Shown here piece by piece: positions 29,120 to 41,692 of a DNA stretch of 64,000 nt. The stretch is from positions 55,562 to 119,561 of the forward strand of contig CANJVU010000003.1 of NCBI GenBank assembly GCA_947478525.1. Reading direction: 5' to 3'. Made by a program: the position numbers and the translations under genes. Source of the DNA: Thiotrichales bacterium (lineage in GTDB: Bacteria; Pseudomonadota; Gammaproteobacteria; Francisellales; CACEW01). The notes beneath the pieces are model-generated. The model was given only the letters and a program-made list of their open reading frames with translations, ran no database searches and was not told where the DNA came from. Positions within the stretch are counted from its first letter, which is position 1; each line of letters starts with the position of its first letter.

Positions 29120-30612
29120 TAAAGAAATTTGTCACCAGTGGTTTGGGGAGTTTTTACTTAATTGTGACACAATCCCTGGGGTATTTATTTATTACCCACT
29201 TATTGATTCGATATTTACCTCCTATTTATGCTTCTGCGTGGTTTTTATTTATCTCCATTGCTTTGTTCGTGAGCATTTTTGATTTTGGTTTGTCTCCTAC
29301 CTTGAGTCGTGAGATTGGATTTTCTCATGGCAATGAAGGGCTAGATAAAAAACGGTTACTGGGAACCATTTATACAGCTGTTTCTCTAAATACAATAATG
29401 GCATTTGTATTGCTTTTGGTTGGCATCATAGGGGGGGGAGCTTACCTTCATCATGTTTTTCCGAAAGTTGATTACCCCATTATTTCCCATGCCTATTTCT
29501 ATTTCTTGTTTGGTACTTTTTTTATGTTTCTCAGTAACCCTTTTTTTGCGGTACACTACGGGTTTGGGCATGTTGCAACAGAGCGATTTTTGCGTTCGCT
29601 GTCTTGGCTCTTGGCGATGTTACTGTTATATATTGGGGTTAAGTGTAATCTTAGTTTTCCACAGTTAGGGATGTTGTGGCTTACTCAGGGAGTGATTGTA
29701 CATTTCATTGCTAGAGTCTATACGATAGTCAAGTTTAAACTCCACTTTCTGAGCGTGTATATTGATTATAAACAGTTACCGTTGATCATAGGACCTTCCT
29801 TGAAATGGGCGGTTATGTCGTTTGGAGCAATTTTAATTTTACAAACCAGTAATTTTGTCATTGCCAGTGCATTAAAACCGGAGTTGATTGCACAATATGC
29901 GCCCTTGATGCAACTAGCGACCGCGATCATGACGTTAGGCGGTGTTGTGCAATTAGCACTGGTGCCTATGGTATCAAAATTAATGGGCAAAGGAGAGCAT
30001 CAAAAAATTAGAGGTATATTGCTATTTTCGAGTAGGACAACGTTATGCTTAGTACTGCTGCCTGCTATTTGTTTGTTATGCTGGGGAGGTGAGATTGTAC
30101 ATTTTTGGTTGGGGGCGGCTTTCCATTATTCTTTTGGGATTATGGTGGTCTTGCTTATTATGTCAGTTCTGGAATCTCATCATGTTTCCTGTGCTGCTGT
30201 AGTGATGGCCACAGGGTATATAAAATTTATGATTCCAGCACTGTTGTCTGGTGTCCTGACCCTCGTTTTTTCAGTTTGTTTTGCGCATTATTGGGGGTTG
30301 GTAGGGGTTGCTCTAGGTGTGATGTGTGCCCAACTGATGACCAATAACTGGTACGCGGTGTTTGTTTCTTTAAGGTGTCTTCATGTGAGTGCGGGTTCGT
30401 TTTTTTATAATTTACTCCCTGTCTTTTTTTACGCAATTATTTTGTTTGGAGTTGGATGTCTTTTATCTTATTGGCATCAATCCGTGGGGTTGTGGATGCT
30501 TTTATTTAATTTGCTAATATTGTCTATGGTTGCAGCTATTTTTTTAATGCTACTCTATTGGAAAAACATATCAGGGTTTTGTCAATTATCTAGGAAAAAT
30601 CATCATGAATAA
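29116..30612 (+). CDS. wzx: O-antigen/polysaccharide flippase (Wzx-like, multi-TM)
   Basis: 498 aa and strongly hydrophobic, with about 12-14 predicted TM segments. ATGA overlap with the upstream gene. AT-rich. Position is typical of wzx. Confidence 0.7.
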   Translation: MIKKFVTSGLGSFYLIVTQSLGYLFITHLLIRYLPPIYASAWFLFISIALFVSIFDFGLSPTLSREIGFSHGNEGLDKKRLLGTIYTAVSLNTIMAFVLLLVGIIGGGAYLHHVFPKVDYPIISHAYFYFLFGTFFMFLSNPFFAVHYGFGHVATERFLRSLSWLLAMLLLYIGVKCNLSFPQLGMLWLTQGVIVHFIARVYTIVKFKLHFLSVYIDYKQLPLIIGPSLKWAVMSFGAILILQTSNFVIASALKPELIAQYAPLMQLATAIMTLGGVVQLALVPMVSKLMGKGEHQKIRGILLFSSRTTLCLVLLPAICLLCWGGEIVHFWLGAAFHYSFGIMVVLLIMSVLESHHVSCAAVVMATGYIKFMIPALLSGVLTLVFSVCFAHYWGLVGVALGVMCAQLMTNNWYAVFVSLRCLHVSAGSFFYNLLPVFFYAIILFGVGCLLSYWHQSVGLWMLLFNLLILSMVAAIFLMLLYWKNISGFCQLSRKNHHE

Positions 30613-31534
30613 TATACCCTTGTTTAGTATTGCTATTCCTACCTTCAATCGTTTGGAATATTTTAAGTTGGCACTAAACAGCGCTTTGGCTCAAACTTAT
30701 CAAAATGTAGAAATTGTAATTTTAGATAATGCTTCTAGTGATGGTACGCAAGCGTATTTAAATGATGTTATTACCCAGCACTCAAACATCACCGTTATTC
30801 GAAACGATGAGAATATTGGTTTTGCGCGAAATATTATGCAAATTCCCCAGTATATCAAAGGAAAATACTTAACTGTATTATCGGATGATGATTTATTGAT
30901 GCCGACCTTTGTTGAACTTGCAGTAAGCTCGATGGAAACATCAGAGAATATTGCTTTATGGTATTGTCGAACTCAACTAATTGATGCAAGCGGTGCGAAT
31001 CTCAGATTAACGCCTGATTACTCAACTAAAGTTGAAGAGGGAGCTGATTTTATTCGTGATATTATTGTATGTAAAAAAATTAATCCATATTGGTGTTCTG
31101 TAGTTTATAGAGTAAAAAATTTGATAACAATAGGCGGCTTCGTTAATGTCGGCAATGCACTCGATTTTGCTGCAAATTGTTGTGTAGCCTCTCAAGGAAT
31201 GGTCGTTTTTAATAAAAAAACATTATCTTTTTATCGATCTTACGATACTAATCTAACGAGAAAAACACATTTTTTTGAATGGTTTGAGTCTGAATATGCT
31301 GCTTTTCAGCATATTCAAAAACATTATTTTTTCCCAATAAAAATGGCGGATAAATTTTTTTCTAGAGTATTAGTGTCAAGGTTAAATAAAATAAAATGTC
31401 TTGAATTGTTTGATATGTTAAGTTATGGTGTCCATCGCTATGGAGTCGGCGTTTATTTTTGGTTTTTTATATACTTACCGCGTTTTTTTGTTAAAATTTT
31501 TTTGTTAAAAATAGGGTTTTGGAATGCCAGATAA
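30605..31534 (+). CDS. family 2 glycosyltransferase
   Basis: FSIAIPTFNRLEYFKLALNSALAQTYQNVEIVILDNASSDGT and LSDDD (DxD). Confidence 0.85.
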   Translation: MNNIPLFSIAIPTFNRLEYFKLALNSALAQTYQNVEIVILDNASSDGTQAYLNDVITQHSNITVIRNDENIGFARNIMQIPQYIKGKYLTVLSDDDLLMPTFVELAVSSMETSENIALWYCRTQLIDASGANLRLTPDYSTKVEEGADFIRDIIVCKKINPYWCSVVYRVKNLITIGGFVNVGNALDFAANCCVASQGMVVFNKKTLSFYRSYDTNLTRKTHFFEWFESEYAAFQHIQKHYFFPIKMADKFFSRVLVSRLNKIKCLELFDMLSYGVHRYGVGVYFWFFIYLPRFFVKIFLLKIGFWNAR

Positions 31535-31569
31535 TAAACAGTTTCGTTTTTTTAACAAAAGGAAGTAAA

Positions 31570-33039
31570 ATGTTTTCCATTGTTTTTGGTTATGAAATAG
31601 CGATTGCAATTTTTGCTATTGCCCTCTATTTTTTGTTTCACAGAGATATTTTTTCGCTCTTCTTGATGTCAATAGTATTGGCGATTTTTCAAGCATCCGC
31701 GCTCTTGAATTTTCATATTGGACAACACGGTTTTGGTATCCAACCAGTTTTATTTTCGTTGTTTTTTTTATTACTCGCCTATCTGACAGTCAAAGAGGAA
31801 AAAGCCATACTAAAAGAGACTGTTGTTTATTTTTGGCCCCTATTTGCTTTTGCTGCATTTGCTGTTGTATTAAACTTTATAGGCCCATGGCTATTTCATG
31901 GAATGCCTATCTCTAACCCCCGTGTTGGAATAACGGGTTATTCTGAGCCCTTGCAATTTACTTCGACCAATATTACGTATTCTATCTATATTGTTTTTTA
32001 TGTATGTGTTTTTGCTGCAGTAACAAGTTATGTGCGCCGAATGTCGCTTTCTTCAGTGAAAACTTTATTTCGCATAACAATCATTACTTTTTTGGTGGTT
32101 ATCATCATTAGTCTATATCAAATGATGGTCATGAGATCTTTCCCTGGATATTGGCCAGAGTTTTTGATTAATAATAAACTGGGCGTTGCTCAGTTATTTT
32201 ATGAAACGCTAGGTAATTATCCCAAGGCTTCAGGCACTTTTACGGAACCTTCATTTTTATCCTATTATCTCAGTGGGATATTTATGGGACTTTCTTTGCT
32301 ATGGCTGACTCAAAAAGAAAAATGCGCCTGGAACGTTTTGATTCTTTTATTGTTGGCGGTGTTTGGACTGATCATTACATTATCATCAACCGCATATGTT
32401 GCGATGGTTTTTGAATCTATAATTATTTTAATTCTTGCGTGGCGCCTCAGTATGAGGGCTTTTTGGAAGTGGCTTCTTGTGATGTTATCAATATTTATAT
32501 TATCTTGTGCGGTGCATGTTGCCATGAAGACAATCTATTACCGCGATCTTCCAGTCAAAACTGCTCCACCGATTGCTGCATCATTTCCTATTGCTCAGCA
32601 TGCTAGGCCTCCTAGTATCTTAGAGAGTGTGTTGTTCTCAAAAAATAAAACACAATCTTTTGTGCAACGAAATTATGTTGATAAGCTTGCATTGAAGGAT
32701 TTTGTAGATTCTTGGGGAGTTGGTATTGGTGGAGGGTCCTATAGAGCATCTTCTCTTTTAACCACATTTCTAGTGGGCAATGGAATAATCGGGTTAATTT
32801 TGATTATTTTATTTTTGCGGAAGCTTTTTACAATCTCTACCGCTGATGTGGTATTAAATTCCATGTGGCGTAAGTATATTTTCTTTTTTGGCGGTAGCAC
32901 CCTTGGGAATTTGATTGCGGGATGTATTGCTGTTCCTGATATTAGTGTTGCTTTCTTTTGGTTGAATTTATCTATATGGATAGGGTTGTCGTGGAACAAA
33001 AATAAATCTGATCAGGAGTGTTCGCCGGTATGCCATTAA
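31570..33039 (+). CDS. wzy: O-antigen polymerase (Wzy-like) / O-antigen ligase family membrane protein
   Basis: About 490 aa with at least 10 TM segments and one larger loop. Very AT-rich and lies between glycosyltransferase genes. Start set at ATG 31570 (SD AAGGAAG). Confidence 0.6.
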   Translation: MFSIVFGYEIAIAIFAIALYFLFHRDIFSLFLMSIVLAIFQASALLNFHIGQHGFGIQPVLFSLFFLLLAYLTVKEEKAILKETVVYFWPLFAFAAFAVVLNFIGPWLFHGMPISNPRVGITGYSEPLQFTSTNITYSIYIVFYVCVFAAVTSYVRRMSLSSVKTLFRITIITFLVVIIISLYQMMVMRSFPGYWPEFLINNKLGVAQLFYETLGNYPKASGTFTEPSFLSYYLSGIFMGLSLLWLTQKEKCAWNVLILLLLAVFGLIITLSSTAYVAMVFESIIILILAWRLSMRAFWKWLLVMLSIFILSCAVHVAMKTIYYRDLPVKTAPPIAASFPIAQHARPPSILESVLFSKNKTQSFVQRNYVDKLALKDFVDSWGVGIGGGSYRASSLLTTFLVGNGIIGLILIILFLRKLFTISTADVVLNSMWRKYIFFFGGSTLGNLIAGCIAVPDISVAFFWLNLSIWIGLSWNKNKSDQECSPVCH

Positions 33040-34073
33040 TTGTTAATACACGCATTATGGATAAACACATGACAGGTGTTCAGCGTTATACCCAAGAAAT
33101 ACTGGAACGTTTATCCATCCCATTTAGGTCTGTTTCACCTGGGAGCCAGTTTTCAGCAGGAATAAAGGGTCATACTTGGGAGCAGCTTTCTTTGCCCTTT
33201 AAAGTTAAAAAAGGAGAGTTATTATGGTCTCCTTCAAATACCGGCCCTCTCCTTGTTTCACATCAGGTGGTTACCATACATGATATTGTACCGATTGATC
33301 ATCCAGAGTGGTTGAGTAAAAAATTTGCCCAATGGTATCAATTTTTATTGCCCAAATTAGCAAAAAGGTGCGTGCACATTTTGACGGATTCAGAATTCAG
33401 TAAAAGCAGAATCATAGATGCTCTTTGTGTTCCAGAAAAGAAGGTAACCATTGCAAAAGTAGGGGTGTCTGATAAATATAAACCCATTGGTGAATCAGTC
33501 ATTCTCCAAATGAAACAAGAATTAAAATTGCCAGAAACCCCCTATATTTTATCACTGGGCTCACTGGAGCCGCGTAAAAATTTGGTTACTCTATTAAAGG
33601 CCTGGAAATTAGCTCAACCTTATATAGGGGATGTTAAACTTGTAATTTCAGGTGCGCGTGGGTTTCAACGGGTATTTGGAGACTGTCAAGATTCCTTTGA
33701 CGATATTCCAAACGTTATCTACACAGGGCATGTTAAGGACGAATTATTGCCGGCTCTGTATAGTGGTGCATTGATGTTTTTTTACTTATCCAGCTATGAA
33801 GGATTTGGTCTTCCGCCTTTAGAAGCTATGGCTTGTGGAGCTCCAGTGTGTGTGGGTAATCAAACTTCCGTGCCTGAAGTGGTTGGCAAAGCAGGCATTC
33901 TGGTGAATCCATTTGATGTAGACGCAGTCGTAGATGTTATGAAGACGGTAATAAGTGGAGAATTGAATACAAGCCTCTATCGTGAAGCTGGGTTGCAACA
34001 AGCTAAGCGATTTGGTTGGGATGAAGTGGTGGCAAAAACAGCTCGGGTATTTGATCAGTATTTGGAGCTTTAG
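33030..34073 (+). CDS. family 4 (GT-B) glycosyltransferase
   Basis: TGVQRYTQEIL N-terminus and EGFGLPPLEAMACGAPV (EX7E motif). Start set at ATG 33030 (SD AGGAG). Confidence 0.85.
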   Translation: MPLIVNTRIMDKHMTGVQRYTQEILERLSIPFRSVSPGSQFSAGIKGHTWEQLSLPFKVKKGELLWSPSNTGPLLVSHQVVTIHDIVPIDHPEWLSKKFAQWYQFLLPKLAKRCVHILTDSEFSKSRIIDALCVPEKKVTIAKVGVSDKYKPIGESVILQMKQELKLPETPYILSLGSLEPRKNLVTLLKAWKLAQPYIGDVKLVISGARGFQRVFGDCQDSFDDIPNVIYTGHVKDELLPALYSGALMFFYLSSYEGFGLPPLEAMACGAPVCVGNQTSVPEVVGKAGILVNPFDVDAVVDVMKTVISGELNTSLYREAGLQQAKRFGWDEVVAKTARVFDQYLEL

Positions 34074-34979
34074 ATGAACATTGCATTAATTATTCCGACT
34101 TATAATGCCAGTTCTTTAGCGCATCAACAGTTAAATTCTATTCAAATACAAACGTTGTCTCCAATAAAGTGCGTGATTGATTCTTCTTCTCAAGATGGTA
34201 CAGTTTCAATTTATCAAGCTGCAGAATTTGTGGTAACGGTGATTCCTAAAGCTGAATTCAATCATGGCAAAACCCGTCAGTTAGCATTAAGTTTAGTTGA
34301 TGCAGATGTTTATATCTACATGACCCAAGACGCTATTCTGGCAGATGAAAATGCTTTAAAGAATATTGTCACTGTTTTTGACAATCCATCCGTTGGCTGT
34401 GCTTATGGTCGTCAGTTACCGCACCAAGATGCAGGGATTTTAGGGGCGCATTTACGCCATTTTAACTACCCTGCGGAGTCCGATCTTCGCTCATTACAAG
34501 ATGTGCCTCGATTGGGGATAAAAACCTGCGCTAATTCCAATAGTTTTGCAGCGTATCGAAAATCAGCGCTGATGCAAATAGGCGGTTTTCCTGAGCGTGT
34601 GATTTTAGGTGAAGATGTTGGCGTGGCGGCAAAAATGTTAATTGCAGGATGGAAAGTGGCTTATTGTGCTGAAGCAAAAGCATTTCACTCACATGATTAT
34701 ACGGCGTTGCAAGATTTTCGTCGTTATTTTGATGTGGGTGTTTTTCATCAGCAAGAGCATTGGATTCTCGATACTTTTACAGCACCTGGGAAACTGGGCG
34801 GTCAATATGTCAAATCAGAGTTGCGCTGGTGTATTCAACACAAAGCGTATGGTATGATTCTGGTATCTTTTTGGCATTCTGGGATGAAATGGCTGGGCTA
34901 TCGCTTAGGGCGTCAATATCGGTGTTTGCCATTGTGGCTGCGCAAACGGTTTAGCATGCATCGATTTTATTGGACGTAA
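34074..34979 (+). CDS. family 2 glycosyltransferase (rhamnosyltransferase-like)
   Basis: IALIIPTYNASS and YMTQDA (DxD-like) motifs. 301 aa. The ATG directly abuts the previous stop. Confidence 0.8.
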   Translation: MNIALIIPTYNASSLAHQQLNSIQIQTLSPIKCVIDSSSQDGTVSIYQAAEFVVTVIPKAEFNHGKTRQLALSLVDADVYIYMTQDAILADENALKNIVTVFDNPSVGCAYGRQLPHQDAGILGAHLRHFNYPAESDLRSLQDVPRLGIKTCANSNSFAAYRKSALMQIGGFPERVILGEDVGVAAKMLIAGWKVAYCAEAKAFHSHDYTALQDFRRYFDVGVFHQQEHWILDTFTAPGKLGGQYVKSELRWCIQHKAYGMILVSFWHSGMKWLGYRLGRQYRCLPLWLRKRFSMHRFYWT

Positions 34980-36904
<1,925 letters not shown>

Positions 36905-36961
36905 GCATTGTGATACAATGTGGGCGTTCCCAGTGAAGTGTTTTTTATTGAGACAACCGCT

Positions 36962-38371
36962 ATGCAGCCAAATATTTTAAAAAGACATGCCAGTTTAGTT
37001 ACCGCCTTGGTTAGACTTGCTGATATTGTTATTACCGCAGTTGCTGGTTATGCGGCTTTTGTGATCAAATTTTCTTTTGATGCCTCTCTTTCACAAAATT
37101 ATGTGATTGCGATTTTATTGGGCTGTATGTTCACTATTGTTGGTTTTACATTGTTGGGTTTTTATGAGCCGACACGGGGCAGGAGCATCTTGTCTGTTTT
37201 TCGCCGCGTCATACTCGCCTGGTGCTTGATTATGCTCACGCTTACGGTGGTTGCTTTCTTTTCTAAAACCAGCGTTGCGTTTTCTCGGGTGTGGTTTTTT
37301 GAATGGATGCTTCTGGGTTTTGGTATTTCATTGCTTTCGCGATTGCTGATGATTGTGGTGTTGCGCCTTTTTCGTCATGTGGGGTATAACATACGCACGA
37401 TTGTTATTGTGGGTTCCGGAGAATTGGGTCAAAAGGTTTATCATCGCTTATGTAAAGGGCGTTGGACGGGGTATAGAGTTGTGTGTTTTTTGGATCGCTC
37501 CGCGCGAGCAAAGCAGGGGGCGATCGATGGTATTGCAGTACACGCTATCCCAGAGAACCTGGGTGAGTGGATTGTTGAGCAAGGTATTGATGAGGTATGG
37601 ATTGCGCTGCCTTTGCGTGCCTTAACCGTGATGAAAACCTTGTTGCATCAACTGCGTTTTAGTACGGCAAATATTAAAGTAGTGCCGGATATTTTTGAGC
37701 TTGATTTATTAAATCACTCTGTGTTTGAAATTGCTGGGATGCCAGTGATTAATCTCCGCGCCACGCCGATGGAGGGGATGAATGTTTTGATCAAGTCCAT
37801 GGAAGACAAAATATTATCAGGTATTATTTTGATGTTAATTAGTCCTTTGTTACTGGTTATTGCCATTGGAATCAAAATAACATCGAAGGGGCCTATTTTT
37901 TATAAACAACAACGGGATGGATTTGATGGGCAAGTCATTCGAGTTTATAAATTTAGGTCCATGTATGTGCATCATGAAAATAAAACCCATATTGAGCAAG
38001 CGACAAAACATGACGCTAGAATTACCCCCTTTGGACGGTTTTTACGAAAAACCAGTTTAGATGAACTCCCTCAATTTATTAATGTACTGCAAGGGCGAAT
38101 GTCTATCGTAGGGCCAAGACCACACGCCATTTCGCATAACGAGCATTATAAGTCGCTGGTGAAACAGTATATGCAGCGACACATGGTGAAGCCGGGAATC
38201 ACTGGTTGGGCGCAGATAAATGGTTTTAGAGGTGAAACAGACACACTCGAAAAAATGGCAAAACGCATCGAATATGATTTGTATTACATCGAAAATTGGT
38301 CGTTAGTTTTTGATTTAAAAATTATCTTTTTGACTATTTTCAAAGGATTTATCAATAAAAACGCTTATTAA
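36962..38371 (+). CDS. undecaprenyl-phosphate hexose-1-phosphate transferase (WbaP/WcaJ-like initiating enzyme)
   Basis: N-terminal TM block, then the bacterial sugar transferase domain ([35 protein letters not shown]). Start set at ATG 36962. Confidence 0.85.
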   Translation: MQPNILKRHASLVTALVRLADIVITAVAGYAAFVIKFSFDASLSQNYVIAILLGCMFTIVGFTLLGFYEPTRGRSILSVFRRVILAWCLIMLTLTVVAFFSKTSVAFSRVWFFEWMLLGFGISLLSRLLMIVVLRLFRHVGYNIRTIVIVGSGELGQKVYHRLCKGRWTGYRVVCFLDRSARAKQGAIDGIAVHAIPENLGEWIVEQGIDEVWIALPLRALTVMKTLLHQLRFSTANIKVVPDIFELDLLNHSVFEIAGMPVINLRATPMEGMNVLIKSMEDKILSGIILMLISPLLLVIAIGIKITSKGPIFYKQQRDGFDGQVIRVYKFRSMYVHHENKTHIEQATKHDARITPFGRFLRKTSLDELPQFINVLQGRMSIVGPRPHAISHNEHYKSLVKQYMQRHMVKPGITGWAQINGFRGETDTLEKMAKRIEYDLYYIENWSLVFDLKIIFLTIFKGFINKNAY

Positions 38372-38382
38372 CGGGAGCAAAC

Positions 38383-39264
38383 ATGAAAGGAATTATTTTA
38401 GCAGGGGGTTCGGGCACGCGCTTATATCCGATCACTCGTGCCATCAGTAAACAGTTGATGCCTGTGTATGATAAACCGATGATCTATTATCCCTTGTGTA
38501 CATTATTAATGGCAGGCATTCGCGAAATATTGATCATCACCACGCCAGAAGATCAATCGAGTTTTCAGCGTTTATTGGGCGATGGTCATCAATGGGGTAT
38601 TACGCTGCACTATAAAGTACAACACAAGCCAGAAGGATTGGCGCATGCGTTTATTGTTGGCGAGGATTTTATTGGCAAGGATTCCGTCGCGCTGGTGTTG
38701 GGGGACAATATTTTTTATGGCCATGGGTTGCCAGAATTGCTTACGAAAGTGCGTCAAGAATTGAGGGGGGGCACTGTATTTGGCTATTACGTCAATGACC
38801 CCGAGCGCTACGGCGTGGTTGAGTTTGATGCCAGCGGCACTGTGTTATCTTTAGAAGAAAAGCCCAAGCAGCCGAAGTCGCACTATGCAGTAACCGGATT
38901 GTATTTTTACGACAATCAGGTAGTGGAGATTGCCAAGTCGCTCAAGCCTTCGCCGCGTGGCGAGTTAGAAATTACCGATCTCAACAAAGTTTATCTGCAA
39001 CGCAATCAATTAACCGTAGAGTTGATGGGGCGTGGCTATGCCTGGCTGGATACCGGTACACACCAGTCATTACTAGAAGCATCACAATTTGTCTCGATTG
39101 TGGAAAATCGCCAAGGACTAAAGGTGGCATGCCCAGAAGAAATGGTTTGGCGTTTGGGGTATATTAATGACGATCAGTTAAGAAAATTGGCAGAGCCTTT
39201 GCGCAAAAGTGGCTATGGTGAATACTTGATGCAGTTATTGATAGGAGGCTATCGTGCCCTTTGA
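38383..39264 (+). CDS. rmlA: glucose-1-phosphate thymidylyltransferase
   Basis: [34 protein letters not shown]. Confidence 0.95.
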   Translation: MKGIILAGGSGTRLYPITRAISKQLMPVYDKPMIYYPLCTLLMAGIREILIITTPEDQSSFQRLLGDGHQWGITLHYKVQHKPEGLAHAFIVGEDFIGKDSVALVLGDNIFYGHGLPELLTKVRQELRGGTVFGYYVNDPERYGVVEFDASGTVLSLEEKPKQPKSHYAVTGLYFYDNQVVEIAKSLKPSPRGELEITDLNKVYLQRNQLTVELMGRGYAWLDTGTHQSLLEASQFVSIVENRQGLKVACPEEMVWRLGYINDDQLRKLAEPLRKSGYGEYLMQLLIGGYRAL

Positions 39265-39808
39265 ATTTGAACGTTGTGAAATCCCTGATATTATTCTGAT
39301 CAAACCCAAAATTTTTGGCGATGAGCGTGGTTTTTTTATGGAGACTTTTAAAAAAAGTGATTTTGACGCGTTTGGGTTGCCGACGGAATATACCCAGGAC
39401 AATCATTCTAAATCCAAAGCCAATGTTTTGCGTGGTCTGCATTATCAGTTAAACCCGTATGCGCAGGGTAAGCTGGTGCGCGTGGTGACCGGTAAAATTT
39501 TTGATGTGGCGGTAGATATCCGCAAAAACTCACCTACCTTTGGCCAATGGGTAGGGCGTGAGCTATCCGAACAAAATAAACATATGTTATGGGTGCCATC
39601 GGGTTTTGCCCATGGTTTGTTGGTGCTGGAAGATGATACGCATTTGCTGTACAAATGCACGGGCGAATACTCGCCGCAACACGAGCGCAGTATTTTATGG
39701 AATGATCCCGCGCTCAATATTCCCTGGCCGCTCGCCCATGATGTGATGCCCACCTTGGCGGAAAAAGACAGCAAGGGTCTATTATTGAAAAATGCGGAGT
39801 TATTGTAG
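39254..39808 (+). CDS. rmlC: dTDP-4-dehydrorhamnose 3,5-epimerase
   Basis: [19 protein letters not shown] and PSGFAHGL motifs. GTG start with SD AGGAGG, overlapping the rmlA end by 11 nt. Confidence 0.93.
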   Translation: MPFEFERCEIPDIILIKPKIFGDERGFFMETFKKSDFDAFGLPTEYTQDNHSKSKANVLRGLHYQLNPYAQGKLVRVVTGKIFDVAVDIRKNSPTFGQWVGRELSEQNKHMLWVPSGFAHGLLVLEDDTHLLYKCTGEYSPQHERSILWNDPALNIPWPLAHDVMPTLAEKDSKGLLLKNAELL

Positions 39809-39809
39809 G

Positions 39810-40670
39810 ATGAACATATTATTAACCGGTGCAAATGGGCAAATAGGGCAGGAATTGGTGGCATTGTTGGCCAAAGATTCACGTCATGTATTAATCCCCC
39901 TCTCCAGAGTAGCGCTTGATATTACTGACCAAGCTCAAGTTCAACGCGTACTTAATCACCATCGTCCTGATGTGGTGATCAACACAGCAGCCTATACTCA
40001 GGTTGATCCGGCAGAGCTTGAGCCAGAAGCGGCACATGCGATTAATGCGTCGGGGGCAGAGTATTTGGCCAGGACATGCCAGGTCTTGGGTGTTCCGCTT
40101 ATTCATTTATCGACCGATTATGTGTTTGATGGCAAACAAGATCACCCCTATTCTGAAACAGATCTACCCAATCCTCTTAATGAATATGGTTACAGTAAAT
40201 TACGGGGTGAGCATCTGATTCAACAGCATTGCAGCAAGCATCTGATCATTCGAATCACCTGGGTGTTTGGCCGTTATGGTAAAAATTTTATTAAAATCAT
40301 GTTGCAACTGATGGCGGAAAAAGAAACCCTTTCTGCGGTCAGTGATCAGGTGGCATGCCCTACAGCGGCGAGAGATGTGGCGAAAATGTTGGTGCAAGTC
40401 AGTGAGCAATTAACGCCCGCTTTTTCACAGTGGGGTGTTTATCATTACGCAGGAATGCCTGCCGTGAGTCGATTTGAATTTGCGCAGGCGATTATGCCCA
40501 TTGCCCAAAAGCGGGGCGGTAAAATTCAGCAAGTGTTGCCAGTGACCAGCGATCACTTTCCCACGCGCGCAAAACGGCCATTGTATTCGGTGTTAGATCT
40601 GTCTAACATTAAAAAAGTATTTGGTATTGAGCCCAGTGATTGGCGATTAGCGTTACAGCAAGAATTTTAA
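39810..40670 (+). CDS. rmlD: dTDP-4-dehydrorhamnose reductase
   Basis: ILLTGANGQIGQEL, YGYSKLRGE and LSTDYVFDG motifs. Start set at ATG 39810, just after the rmlC stop. Confidence 0.9.
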   Translation: MNILLTGANGQIGQELVALLAKDSRHVLIPLSRVALDITDQAQVQRVLNHHRPDVVINTAAYTQVDPAELEPEAAHAINASGAEYLARTCQVLGVPLIHLSTDYVFDGKQDHPYSETDLPNPLNEYGYSKLRGEHLIQQHCSKHLIIRITWVFGRYGKNFIKIMLQLMAEKETLSAVSDQVACPTAARDVAKMLVQVSEQLTPAFSQWGVYHYAGMPAVSRFEFAQAIMPIAQKRGGKIQQVLPVTSDHFPTRAKRPLYSVLDLSNIKKVFGIEPSDWRLALQQEF

Positions 40671-40679
40671 AGGAGTGTT

Positions 40680-41690
40680 ATGATGTCTTTTACCCCCCAA
40701 AATATCCTGGTCACCGGTGGCGCTGGGTTTATCGGCAGTTGTTTTCTGCGTCATATGTTGCAACATCACCAGGCCATTCAGGTCATTAATCTCGATTTAC
40801 TAACCTATGCCGGCAATCTCGAGAATTTACAGGGCGTTGATCAAGATGAACGTTATCATTTTGTACAGGGTGATATCAATAACCAAGCATTGGTAGAGGG
40901 GCTGTTAGAACAACATCATATTGATACTGTGGTACATTTTGCCGCAGAAAGCCATGTCGATCGCTCTATTTCTGGCCCTGATGCATTTGTTAAAACCAAC
41001 GTTCTGGGGACGTTTCATTTACTAGAAGCAGCACGTCAGGTTTGGAAAAAACGTTATAACCTGGATTCCAAAAAATGCCGGTTTCACCACATTTCAACGG
41101 ATGAAGTGTTTGGTACCTTAAGCAAAACCGATCCAGCATTTTGTGAAACCACGCCGTATGCGCCTAACTCCCCTTATTCAGCGTCTAAAGCTGGTTCGGA
41201 TCATCTGGCTCGCGCCTATTTTCATACCTATGGCTTGCCGGTGACGATGTCCAATTGTTCCAATAACTACGGTCCGTATCAACACCCGGAAAAACTGATT
41301 CCTACGGTGATTCGCACCGCCTTGGCAGGTAAGTCCATTCCAGTATACGGCGATGGCAGCAATATCCGCGACTGGTTGTATGTATTTGATCATTGTGATG
41401 CAATTGACCAAATTGTCCATCATGGGCGCCTGGGTGAGTCTTACAATGTCGGTGGCGATTGTGAAACTAACAATCTGCAATTGGTTAAGCATATTTGTAC
41501 ATTGCTGGATGAAATGGTACCTAAATCAGGATCGTACGCCAAACAAATCAGTTTTGTTACAGATCGCCCTGGCCACGATTGGCGCTACGCGATTAACCAT
41601 GATAAATTGACACGTGAATTGGGGTGGAGCCCTGAGCAAACATTAGAAAAAGGTTTGCGCGAAACCATTCGTTTTTACCAAGGAGTATAA
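40680..41690 (+). CDS. rmlB: dTDP-glucose 4,6-dehydratase
   Basis: ILVTGGAGFIGS, ISTDEVFG and SPYSASKAGSDHL motifs. Confidence 0.95.
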   Translation: MMSFTPQNILVTGGAGFIGSCFLRHMLQHHQAIQVINLDLLTYAGNLENLQGVDQDERYHFVQGDINNQALVEGLLEQHHIDTVVHFAAESHVDRSISGPDAFVKTNVLGTFHLLEAARQVWKKRYNLDSKKCRFHHISTDEVFGTLSKTDPAFCETTPYAPNSPYSASKAGSDHLARAYFHTYGLPVTMSNCSNNYGPYQHPEKLIPTVIRTALAGKSIPVYGDGSNIRDWLYVFDHCDAIDQIVHHGRLGESYNVGGDCETNNLQLVKHICTLLDEMVPKSGSYAKQISFVTDRPGHDWRYAINHDKLTRELGWSPEQTLEKGLRETIRFYQGV

Positions 41691-41692
41691 AG

